Origin: Callorhinchus milii
Lineage: Eukaryota
Direction: 5' to 3'
Assembly: GCF_018977255.1 (NCBI RefSeq)
Contig: NW_024704749.1
Span: 13,516,001 to 13,580,000, forward strand
DNA: 64,000 nucleotides
The position numbers and the translations under genes are program-made. The notes beneath the pieces are model-generated. The model searched no databases. It was not told the origin of the DNA and saw nothing but the letters and a program-made list of their open reading frames with translations. This document shows positions 37,973-51,120 of the stretch, in pieces (the stretch's first letter is position 1; each line of letters begins with the position of its first letter).

Positions 37973-40900
37973 TTAAAAACTGCTATCCTCTTCGTCCTCA
38001 TCTTCTGTAAGCATTATCTTGGGAATGTCTGGAGGCACATCTTTCCTGGGAAACGTGGCCCTGAAGGACAAGGAGATGTTCAGTATATTGCCTGTAAAAT
38101 ATGTATTGTCTTTGGGGGACAAATCTTCATCACTGGCTTCTAAATAGCCCAACTCCTCAGTCCTGCTCCACTCACAGTAATCGTACTCCTGCGTGTCAGC
38201 GCTTGCAGTCACACCGTTTGTTACTTTGCTATAGCGGTGACTTTTACCAGCCATTTTGCGCCTTGAGGTGCCATTAGGCATGTCTTGCGAGCCCTCGATC
38301 CCAGCCAGAGTTCTCACTGTTGTCTTATTCGAAGAGAGGCTTGATGAACTGGGCGGTCGGCAGTGGGACTGCAGATATAATGCCTCGTTGGAGCTCTGCG
38401 ATCCTCCCAAATTCGACTGCCGAAAAGTTTCCTTGAAAAAGGAATTGTCCATGCTGCTCTCTGGAGTGAACTGCAGGTCAAGTTTTGGGATGAAAATGGC
38501 GTCTCCGACGTCCTCTTCAGTAGATTCGTGGTCAAACATAATCGGTGATTTGCTGTCAGGAACCTTCGCATACTTGTCCAATGAGTCTGCCCGTGAAATA
38601 GCACCATCGCGATTCACATCTGAAGTGCACTGTTCACCTTGCAATTGGCCCATCCATGTTGGGCATGCATCCTTATCTCCATCATTAAACCAGGTGTTTT
38701 GATGGTGTCCGAAGCTCCATTCCGGTTCTACGAACCACTGCTGGTGGACATTTACCTTTGCCTCTGGTGGTCTGAAATCTGAGCAGTGCAACCAACCGTC
38801 CCTGACATCATCTTTGTTGTGGGAAAACTGTTCGCCTTCATGGTCGCTTTCATCTGTGTCCTTCCACTGTTCTTGAGAAGACTTCAGGTTCTGGTAAAAC
38901 AATCCCTTCTTGTCTTCCAGAACATTGGAATCAAAGTCCATCGTCGGGATTTTTATAACTGAAAGCCGTTTGGGGGGTTCTCTCGCTGTCTCGACAGCCC
39001 GTTTGCTGTGGAGACCCAAGTCATTGACCTGATAGACCAGTAAGTCCATCACTGAGAGTTGTTCCTCTTCCATTCTGCAATTGGACAGATTGCCAGTGAG
39101 AGACTGATTTCTGTTGAAGAAAGTAAGGGGAAAATGTGTTGGCTACACTTGATCTGGGTGGATATTTCCATCTCCGTATGAGATGCACTGCTCAGGTTGT
39201 AATTACAATAGTATTTGCATGAAAATCTGTGCCACCGTTTTATTAAAATGATTGCCTGAGACCAGCAGAAGATCGAGCCTCTGCCACGACACTCTTTGCC
39301 TTTTCAACCTGAGTTTCTCGGAAGTCTATGTTTACCTGATTGTGTTCTGCTGCTTCTGAGGTAGAGACTTGAGTGTCATGTGTTGGTCAGATTTGCTTTT
39401 GCTCTTGGCCGAGCTATTTGGCGTGCTGGAGCACTGTAGTTGGTGACTGATTTTTAACCAATTGTGACTAATCGCAGGTGAAGCCATCTCTAAGGAATTC
39501 AGTTGGGGAAATAGTTGGTGCAACATTAGAATAGCAAGTACAAGAACAATTTTGTTTCATATACAGGACAAAAAANGAGCATTGCATAGCGCTAAACAGT
39601 GTTAAAGCAAACTACAACAATAACATCTGGCATTTATACAGTGCCCTTTGCAGGGCAGCATCTCAAGAGTGCTTATTATAAGTGAATATAACTTAATATG
39701 TGCGCATTAAGGCAATCAAAAGGATATAGAGGGGATGTGTGACCCACATCTGTAAGGGTTAAACAATTATGGTATTGTTTGATTTTTGTGGTCTTATTTT
39801 CAAAAGGTTTGAGCTACATGAGCTGAGGTGCAAGAGCGAGTTTCTGGGTCTTCACTGTGAGATCAAGCGCTCAGTCTCACCTTGTCGAGGACTGAAGCCC
39901 AGATGCCTGAGTCGACCCCCAGCACTCAATGGATTGATTATCTTCAGCCTTGAATAAACGGACAGAGTCAACCACTTTTCCATAGCACATAGGACTACGG
40001 CAGTCTGCCATAGTAACTACTGCATGTTACAGGGACTGGTTTGTATTGATTCCCGACAGGTAAAAAAATAATAAAGTAACGATTATTTGATAATGGCACA
40101 AATAATAATTCTTTCATTTTGTCTAATAATAATAAACCTTGCATTTGATATAGCGCTTTATCACATCGTTGAGACGCCTCAAAGCGGGATTTACTGTGTA
40201 ATGACAGTATTTTTGGGCAAAAATAATTTAACCCGCAACACGCACTTGTGTTATTGTGGGTTAAATCTAGCTGGTACCTCTTCCTGTTCTGGTACCCCAT
40301 GCCTGAATCTAGATTAATTTGGGTCAGCAGTTTATGTCTGAAGTGCCTCCTGATGCCGTCTTGGTTCAGTATGTCACCATCGATGATCTGGGTCTTTGAG
40401 AGATGAAACAAAAGTAAGTTGTTTGTTGATTTATTGAATACTATATTGCCCATCGCAGCAGCAATGAACCAATATATATTCCAAGTAAAGCATCTCAAAT
40501 AGAATCTCAACAAAGAAACTTCTTTAAAGAAAAGTTATATTTAAAGGTAAAACATGGATGTTTCCTGTTATATTGTTTTCTCTGAGTGTCTGCGAGGTTT
40601 GATCTTAAATAGGAGTTAATTTTATCTCCCTGTTGCTCGGTCCCATTTGTCTCCTCAACGGTCAGCCACAATAAAGCCCCAGCAAGCAAAACAGGCGAGT
40701 TTCCTTCGCAGGATTTCAAAGGAAAAAAAATCTCGGCCTTCCCCTTTGATCAGTAAATCCAAGACATTTTAATTAGCCACAGCATAACAACAACAACAAT
40801 TACATTTGTATCGCGCCTTTCACGTCGGGAGAACCACCCAAGGCGGTGACAAACCTGCCTTGCAGCCTATTCAGTAGAATACACATCTATTGATCGACTC

Positions 40901-43900
40901 ACAATACAGTTATATTACGTACACTATGAGCGTTTGCAGACTGCAGAGATGATGGCGCCCTTTGGCTTGTACACACATTGACCTTCTTCACCTTTGTGTG
41001 ATTCCTCATCTGAGTTGCGAGTAAATTTGCTGTTTTTCCTGATACGTTCAAAGGATCTACACCACTGGAACTTTGGCTACTTTGACAAAGAGAAAGAGAA
41101 GAGTAAAGCAACTACTTTATCAGCAGCTTTTCTCTTAAGAAAATTCACCGTAGCACAACATTCAGCTGTGGGTCTGGCTGAGTCGGTCGGGCCCTTGTCT
41201 CTGAGTTGAATTGGTTGTGAATTCAAGCCCCTCGTCGGGACTTTGAACTCACTTGGTAGACTGGGCTGACAGTGCTGAGGGGAAGTGCTGCATTGTCAGA
41301 GATGGCATCCTTCGGATGAGACATTAACGCAGTCTGCCCGTTCGGAAGATGCTAAAGATCCCTCGCGCTATTTGAAAAAAGAAGGGAGTTTCACCTGGTG
41401 TCCTGGCCAACAATCCTCCAGATAGAATTGGTCATTCACCACATGGCCGTTCGTGGGAAATTGCTATACGCAAATTGACTGTGTTTGTCCACAAAATGGG
41501 CAGTCAGTACACTTCACAGTAAAATCCCGCAAAGTGCTTTGAGCCGTACTCCTGGATCAGAAAACTTAATTTGGAAACCAATCCTCCTCTGCTCTTGAAG
41601 GGAAAACGCTTGTAAATTAAGACTGAGCTTAACAACTTTCCACAATTTGGTTATCTTAGTATTTAAACTTACAAATGGTCATAAAAGGCTAAGACTATGT
41701 GGAATTTCAGGCCTCTAATTCCCACTGCATTAGAATTCCGAAACGCGTTGAAACTACATCCCAAGAAAGGGTACTATAATAATAGCCTTTATATTTTCCT
41801 CTTCAGACAAAGTACCTTTGAGGCAAGCGATACAAGGCGGGGGTGACTTCAATAAAGTGATCACCATTTTGCATGAACATAATTGCTTGACTTTTAAGAC
41901 AAAGTTTTAAAACTTTCAAATTCGTAAAAAGTCCAAGAGATCTCGAAACTTTTGATAAGGACGCTTTACTACGCCTTCAATCAATGTTCGCCAGCGATCT
42001 TCCCTGTAAACGTGAGCTGGCCTTGTCTTCAATCAAATGAGACCTTAATGTCTCTACCGCAGGGCACTTTAATCTCCAGCCAAGAACACACTCAAATGAG
42101 TGTATTTATTTCCCTTCTTTTTTGGCACCAGGGGAAGTTAATGATGAAACATAAACTGACAAAGGGGTGTTTGAGGAGAAGGAGAAAATAAGACGCATCA
42201 AGCGAAACTTGCTTTACCTCTTTGTGCATCTTAATCTTTGGCCTCTGAGTGCAGTGTCCTGTTTCAGACCTCTGATGTAACTCTCGGATTCAAACTGTGT
42301 TGGTTGACAGAACTCAGCCTTTGGTATTTTGATCTGGAAGCAAGAAAGTCTGTCATTTAGGGAAGTGAGTGACAAAACCCCATCGGAAAAGTGACCCACG
42401 GAAAAGGTAAGCTCATCATTTATCCCCACCTTCCCCTCCCTCCCCAATGCCTAATGTGCTGTTGTAATCATTCCATGGACCAACTATGTAGACTTGGCTT
42501 CATCGATTGAAGATCTACGACACAATCCCTTTAGTAACGGTGTCTGCAACAGTGGACATTACATTCCTAAATAAGACCAAATGGACTTATACTTTAGGGG
42601 CATTTTGAGAACATTCTCTAATCCTTTCTCTGCCCCCCATTCCTTCCTTGCCCCCTCTCTCACCTCGGTTTTCACTGCAATCCCTGCAGATATCAGAAAG
42701 ATGGGGGTTGGGGGATGGTGGGCAGTGTTGTTTGATCGCAGCAGAGTTACAACAGGAGAACATCGATAAAACACTTGGTGCCCTATTACAAAAAATTGGC
42801 TCAACATTATGCAGATAAATCATCCTGACACTAAACTGGGTCACTATGCTTTTTCGAAGCAAATGTAAAATATGCTGGCATATTACTAACTCAGCAAAAC
42901 AGTCAGAAATAAATTGTCTAACTAACTCCCTAGCCCCTATGACCGCTTCCCCAGTCCAGCTCTCATCTGTTTTGTTTTTAAATCGCCGCGTCCCACTTTA
43001 TTTTAAATAGCGAGATTTAAGTTCAACATCGTTGATCACAGCTCTGATTTGCAAAGCCTGACCAGATTGACCTTGGAAGTTTGCCCGCAGGAAGCTTGGC
43101 AGACAATGCTGCCTAATGACAGGCCATGCGGTTTTAGCTGGTTAATCTCCACCCCTGGTCGCACACACTATGTTCCCCAAGCCTTGGCTCTCACCAACCC
43201 GCACCTCGTAATCTCCGGTATTAGATAAAACAGGGGTGCATCACTCCAGCTGGAGATTGCACATCTCATTCCAGTCAACCGGAAAATTTCCATGCGTCGG
43301 TGGTGCAAGTATGTGGAACTCATTGTGATCTGGGGATGTGTCAGACACCCGGCTAACAAAAAAAATGGCACCAATGGGAAGGGGAAACGTCCAGGAATGG
43401 TGTACCAAAGTTCAAATTTTAAAAAAAATTAATTATAAAATTGTTTTTATTCCCCACTTAAATAATTCACGATGTAAATTAGGCAAACCTGAAGCAGGTT
43501 TCCTTACTCCACACTGTTAAGCTTGCAGTAAGTAGGTAGTAGGATTAGGGGATCACTTTCCGGGTGTAATAATCCCTCAAAAAAATCCACGGTTGTTTGT
43601 GGGACACTGCACTGCTGTGCGCAATTGGCTGCCACGTTAGGGTTAGGGTTAGCAAAATACACACTACACAATCCACTTTACAATATATCCTGGAAAGCGC
43701 TTTGAGATATCTCAACGACTTGATAAGGCGCTATATCAAATACAAGGATTATTATTATAATTAGTTAAAATAATGCCTTGTCCGAGTGTGGGAAATGAAT
43801 TACTTACAATGATTTTGTTGTGGGTGTGGGGAGCTGCAGATTTATCATGTTTCCGTGGTTTACTGTTGAAACTCTTCAAGGAAGTTTGTAGGTCTGAATT

Positions 43901-44857
43901 GTTTGTTTTCTCTAAGCAGGAGTTTCTGAACTCTTTCTCAGATTGGATCTGACGCTTGGATTTTTTCCATAAATGAACACTGACTTTCCTATTTATTTTC
44001 TAACAAAACGTTACAGTGAAACGTCAGTATTGATCATTCATGGCACTGTGGTTTTTGTGGGTTGTTTGGGGCATGGTTAAAGGAAAAACAGAGAGGAGAC
44101 AGACCGAAGGGTAGTTAAAGATATAGAAATGCAGAGATGGGGGAAAACAGATCAAGAAAACGGGAGAGAAAAACAGACCAAGACTAAAATCAAGGGGAGA
44201 AATTCCATGTGGGACTCGATTTTTATTTTAGATTTTTATTTTTAATTTTAGATTGCGTTTCGCCCACAAAATATACAGTCAGTCCACTTTACAGCATATC
44301 CTGTGAAGCGCTTTGAGACTTCTCGACGACATGATAAGGCGCTGGGTGTCAAATGCCAGGATTATTATTATGATTTACTAATGCTAATATTCTTAGCATT
44401 TCAAAGCATTTTGTTAAATTCACTCTTAACCTGGAAGCCAGTCTCCCCTCTGTAGTTAGTTCTTAAAATAATACAGAAAAAAACCCAGCTTAAATTATGC
44501 CTTTATTTAAGAAATTGCCAAATTCTGGCTGCTAAATGCTTAGTAAGGAAACAGAGCAAATTTGGAGCCAGGTGTGATTTCTATCCTTCAAAGAGAGAGA
44601 GAGAGGGAGAGAGACGGAGAGAAACCTGAAACAAACCAAGCAGTGCACTGAGCAAATTGATTCTAAGAGAGGAAGATGTATACAGCATTTGAAAAGGAGC
44701 AATTGATTAAAAGCCGGGAAGCTAAAAAGATTATTTGGTGATAATCTGACAGCAGTGATTTGATAGCAGGCAGTTAGATTCAGACGTCTTTTTTTTTTAC
44801 CCCCTTAGAAGCTGGTGACTGTAGATACTCCTGGTTCACATCAGTAATAGTTGCCAT
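37973..44857 (-). CDS. Unidentified multi-exon protein, about 633 aa, basic N-terminal half and acidic, probably disordered C-terminal half
   Basis: A 366-codon open terminal exon (37973-39074) plus phase-compatible GT-AG exons 39336-39489, 39881-39948, 40278-40393, 40983-41079, 42218-42333, 43808-43999 and 44801-44857 (sum 1902 nt). No domain recognised. The 5' end and the 40983 donor are uncertain. Confidence 0.7.
41172..41543 (+). mobile_element. Old DeuSINE (AmnSINE1/SacSINE1-like)
   Basis: gtgctgcattgtcagagatggcatccttcggatgagacattaa...aaagatccc..gctatttgaa..gggagtttc..ggtgtcctggccaa matches the Deu domain as I recall it. Confidence 0.75.
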
Positions 44858-47800
44858 TGAGACGGACAGACTCTCGCTGCTATGTCCTGTCCTGTCTGTC
44901 AGGTTATGACTCTACTGCCTTGTGAGCAACTTGCGGCAAAAGCAGTTTAAACCTGTAGCATCTCTGGTTACCATGGACTCAGCCTCAGGAAAGCAAGTGC
45001 GGAACATTCCCCGCCACACAATGGGTAGATCACAGAGCTGGTGATCAGAGCGTAGGTTCCAAATTTGTTTGAAGCCATCAGTTAACTCGGCCACTTTGAC
45101 TCTTAAAACCACGACTTGTAAAGACAGCAACGTCCACGTCATAAATCTTAGCATTTTCACCTCATCAGCTTTCACTGTTTCTGACGATTCCTGAAATGGG
45201 GTTTGAACCCACATTAATGTTTAATTACATTAATCAAGTGCAATGAAATGGCTTGTTTAAATTGTGCAGTGGTGAGGATAATAATAATTGATTATAAGCC
45301 TTGCATTTGATATAGCGCCTAATCATGTCGTTGAGACGTCTCAAAGTGCTTCACGGAATAGATCGTGAAGTGGAGTGACTGTATTTTGTGGGACATCGGC
45401 CAAAAGTGATGAGATGTGAGAGGTTAAGTGTGTGTCACTGACAGATTAGAAACGTACCTCCACTAGTTAGTTCAGAATCAGAAAATATGAACCATACAAC
45501 AACAACTTGCATTGACACAGTGCCCCTTTACGTAGGGTAGCAGCTCGTGGAGTTTAAATAGAAGTGCAGTGAATTAGAGACTGTATTTACAATTTTTTTT
45601 CCAAATGCTGCAAGAAATGAGAGCAAATCGAAATGCAAGTGAGATTTTTCCCCAGAGATCTCCAGTCAGTGTAAGACCTTGGCATTAAATCAGAGACCGT
45701 CTAAAACATTTGGATATTTTGGTAATAACATTTCATGGAAGATATGTGTGTGAGTGTGGGTGGGGGTGTGTGGGGGGGGGTGTCACGGAGACATGACGTA
45801 TGATATGCCTGCAGGAGTGTGATTAACGTTAAAGCCTTTTTACGTTGTGTGTGTGTGTGTCTGAATTTCATTGCTACGGGTTTTGTATCCTCACAACAGC
45901 AGCTGTTTCCATGGAGACACATTTCATCCTTTCATCCTCCTCACTGCAAGGAGGACCAATTGGCTGTTGATTAAACCCAGCAAATTGCTCTAAATATCCC
46001 AGCACGCACGCCTGCTATTGAACCAGCCCAGTCCCAATCCAGCCCTGGATTCAAAGCCCCTCTTCGTATTATTATTTTTTTTGCAAAATATTTTGTGTTT
46101 TCAGGTGCATGTTAAGAAATTCTGCATTTTATCTGCACACTGACACACGCCTCCCCTTTATATTGCAATTACTCAAGGGATGTAATCCAACCACACATGC
46201 ATTAAGCATAACTAAAACGCACACAACGATATGCAGATCTGACTCGACAGTGTTTTGTGGCTTATTTATATTTGCAAAAGCCGGCTGAATTAAGCTTGCG
46301 AGGGAGACAGACACCAGAGGTAAGGTCAGGTTTTCCCTTTGCTGGGATGCTCAGTACTGTAATATGCTTTAATCCATCCATCCATACTTCGCTTTCCTCC
46401 CTCCCTCCCTCCCTCCCTCCCACCCTCCCTCCCTCTCTCCAATAACACTGTTGAACCATCATTTAACAGATTTTTAAACGGTGTTGTCATCATATGCCTT
46501 GAAGCAACTTTATTTTTCGTGTCATAACCTCAGTATCGTACCTCTCTTTTTTTTCTAATCGAGCAGGCTATTAGCATGGATGACATTGCAGTAATTCATC
46601 CCTATTTCTGCTGGAGAAGTAATACTTAATAGTCCATTAAAGTGCACAAGGTTTGGCCTTTGCTGACGTGTTGGTGCCGGGTGCTTTAAGTAAGCCGAAT
46701 GATGCTCCTTCTTCAGACAGAATCGATTACTAGCTTTTCAATTGCTCTCTCTCTCTCTCTCTCTCTCCCTTTCTGTAGCTTGAATTGTTGCAGTTCTCCT
46801 CTGCCTCAGCCCTGGTTCTCTCGTTAAAACACATTGTGAGAGTCACTCAATGCCTTCCCTGTCCAAAGGCAGCAATCCTCACTCTCCAAGAATGGAGCCG
46901 GGCGTTTTGATCTTCCTGCTGTACGTTGTGATTGTCCATGAATTGGTTTGCGGTTGGATGGAGTACAAAAGGCAAGCAGCCAAACCCAAAAAACAAGCAA
47001 GTCCCGTCTGGTCCTCGGGGTGAGTACTGCAGCTGACAAGTTCAATTTATTTATTTAATTACTATCAATAATTATAATCCTTGCATTTGATATAAAATAT
47101 ATTTCGCCCACAAAATACACCGTCAATCCACTTTACAATCTATTCTGTGACGCTCTTTGAGACATCTCAACGACTTGATAAGGCATTGTATCAAATGCAA
47201 GGATTATTATTGTTATTATTAACAGGAGCTGAAGGGGAGGATTCTCTGCCCCCAGTGACTGTTCTGCCTTTCCAGGTCCTGCCGATGAGCCAGGCTGGGT
47301 GTGTTGTCAATCAGCAGTGATTGCCCTGGGATACTGTGGACCCTCCTGGCTCAGGAACTGGACGACCGAAACCCCCACCGAGGACTGGCTTGATTCCAAT
47401 ATTTCGCTGTCAGACATGACTCCTTGGAGCCAGTTCAGCCCCAAGGAGCTCCTGCTTAACCACCTTCTTTTCACAGTTTGTGAAACTATCAAACCGACTC
47501 GATGTTGCACGTGTATTGGCGTGTCAGCTTAGAGTTTGTAACTTCAAAGTCCTGGGGTTTGTTAACGTTTTACAAACTAAATGTGACATTGGTTTCTGTC
47601 ATTTGACAGTCACCAAAAGATTGACTTTTCTGTGAGTTTCTGATAGCTCTTCCCATCTGATCGGCAGGTATGTGAAGTGCAGGAGCCCGGCTAACACCAG
47701 GTGGCCAACCCACACCATGAAACGGGAGAAGTTCAGGGACTGGAAGAAGTCTGGACGTATTGTGAGGAAAGCGTGAAACAGCAATGTAACTCAGTGCTAT

Positions 47801-50800
47801 ACTTGTCAAGGTGGGGAGATCTGTTACATCCCTAACGTCTGCACAAAGCTGTCAATCCAGAACCCATCAGAGTGCGGTGGCGGAGCCTGTCACACCAAAT
47901 GTCTTGTGTCATATAATTGTTGCAAATGAAACAACTGACATTGAAAACAATTCTAATTGTTTTACGTGTTCAGGGTTATGTCTGAACAAAGCTGTTCTGT
48001 GTTATTCCTTGTGTTTTTTTCTGTTTGTTACGTGGCAATAGATGACAGGAATACAAGGATATCTGCAAGAGTAACTCAGTGCTGCCGTCCAGTGGCACAA
48101 TGTCTGGGACCGACCCCGAGATCTGTTTTACTTGGGGATGGTGCTGTGCAATCGGAAAGCATTGGAACATAGGAACAGGAGGAGGCCATTTAGCCCCTCG
48201 AGCCTGTTCCGCCATTGTATAAGATCAGGCTTTGTACCTCAACTCCAATTACCCGCTTTTGCCCCCCGGCTGTTTGTGGGGACGCTGCTGTGCGCATCGG
48301 CTGCCATGTTTCGCCCACAAATATACAGTCAATTCGCTTTACAGTATATTCTGGGAAGCGCTTTGAGATGTCTAGAAGACGTGATAAGGTGCTCTATCAA
48401 ATGCAAGGATTATTATAATATCCCTTGATACCCTTACCTGAGAAATATCTATCCACCTAAGACAGATTACACAAACTCGAGCATTTTTCTACCATGTGGT
48501 GAGATGTGAAAGCAGAATGGGAGTCAAAACCCTTTCGTTGGTCTGTATCTCCAGTCAGACACCTGTGATTGTATCACCTTTTTACTCTCTGAGTACTCAA
48601 CAATTAATTTTGCTCACAAAATAACATCAATCTAAATGTTGTCCACGCTGACGCAGCAACAACAACAACAACAACAACAATACAAGGTTAGCACAGTAGA
48701 AGACTGCGATGTAGATTATCTATATATAAAAGCATGTCATAATAAAGCCTGTGCTTTGTATTATACACATTGGATCCAGACTTGTATTTTATCGTTTAAG
48801 ATGATTCTAATCTGCATCAGTTGCTTTATGTTTCAGTTTATTACAGATGATTTAGAATATGAGAGCAATACAGTATTTCAGACAATAATAATCCTTGCAT
48901 TTTGAAATCCGCTATTTCTAGCAGGAGAGCTGACCGATATTAAGAATTAGCTGAATTCTTGAGAACATTCCAGTCCTGCTCGTTTGGGATGTTGGATATA
49001 ACTCCTTATTCTGCTCTGTGCACTCCATATAGTGAATATGTTGTTGGGGCTCGATTCCATTCTGTTCCACTTAGCAAATTCTGCAAAACATATCAATGTG
49101 CATTTACAAATAATAATAATAATAATCCTTGCATTTGATATAGCTCCTTATCACGTCGTTGAGACGTCTCAAAGCGCTTGTATTGTAATGTGAATTGACT
49201 GTGTATTTTGTGGGCGAAAAGCGAGGGGCAACTGCGCACAGCAGCGTCCCACAAAGAGTAATGATTGAGTGATATCAAATGCGAGGATTATTATTGAGAA
49301 ATAACTAGCTACATCAGAACACCAGAAAATAACTGACATGATCCTAATCTTCAATAAAAACAGGAGGGGTCTAAGACTTAGATTTACGGACCGGTTAGCA
49401 TGACATCCATTACAAATCTGGAGTCAATTACGAAGGAAGCAATTTGGGAACTTCCAGCCAGACTCAGGGTAATAAATGGGGACGGGTCTCGTTTCTTGAA
49501 AGAGAGGTCACTTTCAATAAAATTTGCTGGCGTATTTTGGGATGGTAATGGCTTAGACAATGTAATTGATATCCTATATCTTCAATTTCTGATGCTTAAC
49601 AGTCCCTCATGAAAGCAATGTGAGTATAGTGAAGGCTCCATGGACCATGATTGATGTTGCAAACTGGATGCAGCATTGGTTTGTCAATCCTGTAGAGAGC
49701 AGAAGGGGGTTAATACAGGTAGAGTTTGTGTTGGGCAATACAATGATGACAGTATATCCTTCATGTAGGACAGTGTCTTGGAGCGCCGCACAGAGGCAGG
49801 GTTGGACCCCGAGCAAGGGAGAAGGGGAAGGTGACCATAGGTGCGGTCACAGAGGTAGATTTTAAATTGAGATTTAAAGATTCGCCCACCAAATATACAG
49901 TCAATTCACTTTTCAGTATATTCTGTGAAGCTTTGAGATGTCTGAAAAAGACAGAAGGATTAATGTAGGCAATAATGGCTAACAGAACACCAAGGGGATG
50001 AATCCTGCCCATGTGCTCCTCGCTTTGCTCCCTGGTGTTTCTGAAAGTCTTGGTGTATTTTTTTTATATCAATCTGCACCTGAACTGTGCATGTGACACA
50101 GAGAGAAGGATTTGCCAGGGTGGCAGATTCTGTCAGCAAATTCAAAAGAGAATTTGGTAGATATTCAGAAACTGTGAGGGACATGAGAGTCAGACTAGTG
50201 CAGTATTTTTTTCGGGTCCAATTTGTGTTATTTCTTGAAAGGATTCCTCAATAAGTAATTTAACTCAAACAAATAGGAATTCCTTCTGGTAATCAGAAGT
50301 ACATCACACATTGGAAGAGGCTATTGAGTGAATTTGAAAAGGAATTTAAAAAAAATGGGGTTGAGTATCTCTGCTGCAATGCAATCATCTTCTGGAGAAG
50401 AGTTTCCCTGAATCAGAGAGAATTCTAACAGGAGTCCTCATTGATAATGAAAGAGGATGTGGCCAAAGCCCCCAAAAGCTGGAAGGATGTGAAAACACAA
50501 AATTAGTTTTTTGGTCAGTTGACTGTCTGACATTTGCGGAAACTCATTAGCATGCTGAAGGTCTCCAAACCAAACTGAGAATTCCCTGCCTCCCACCTAT
50601 ACATGGAAATCCCACAGATAGATTGTTGGAATGTAATGTGCACTCTCTCCCTGGAGGGACACATCCTGCTGACCTAAACCACAAAGAGTGGAAATGCCTG
50701 TGATTCTTGTGCTTAACATCTTTTGACAGTGTTAGAACCCGTTTTTAATGTTAATGAAGAAATGTAATGAGTCAAACAGAACTGAACGACGCAGCTTAAC

Positions 50801-50804
50801 TCCT

Positions 50805-51120
50805 GATCTGGGCTGAGTTAGAAGATGGCATGATCGACTGTGTCGAACGCGGCGGAGAGGTCCAGAAGACAAGGAGGCAGAGAGAGCCCTGGTCACAGAT
50901 AGAGAGGATGTCGTTTGTGACTTTCATAAGGCGCAGTCTCTGTACTGTGCGCGGAAACCGGACTGGAGGGGTTCGAAGAGGGAGTGGGAGGAGAGGTGTG
51001 CGCGGAGTTAGTTGGCAACAAAGCGTTCTAGAATTTTTGAGAGGAAGGGCAGGTTAGAAGTAGGGTGGTAATGGCTGGGGTTTGAGGGATCCAGGGAGGG
51101 TTTTTTCAGGAGGGGATAAT
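50805..51120 (-). mobile_element. Internal L2 LINE RT fragment
   Basis: Reverse complement matches 62340-62500 (acaaacgacatcct..tgtgaccagggctc..ctctccgccgc..ttcgacac). Confidence 0.8.

Noticed and set aside
38256-38702. 148 aa plus-strand ORF
   Set aside because: Antisense shadow of the large minus-strand exon.
40507-40719. Extra exon of the orphan gene
   Set aside because: No clear phase-compatible donor; the model closes without it.
43637-43652. Interstitial telomeric repeat
   Set aside because: Fewer than three TTAGGG units, inside a SINE.
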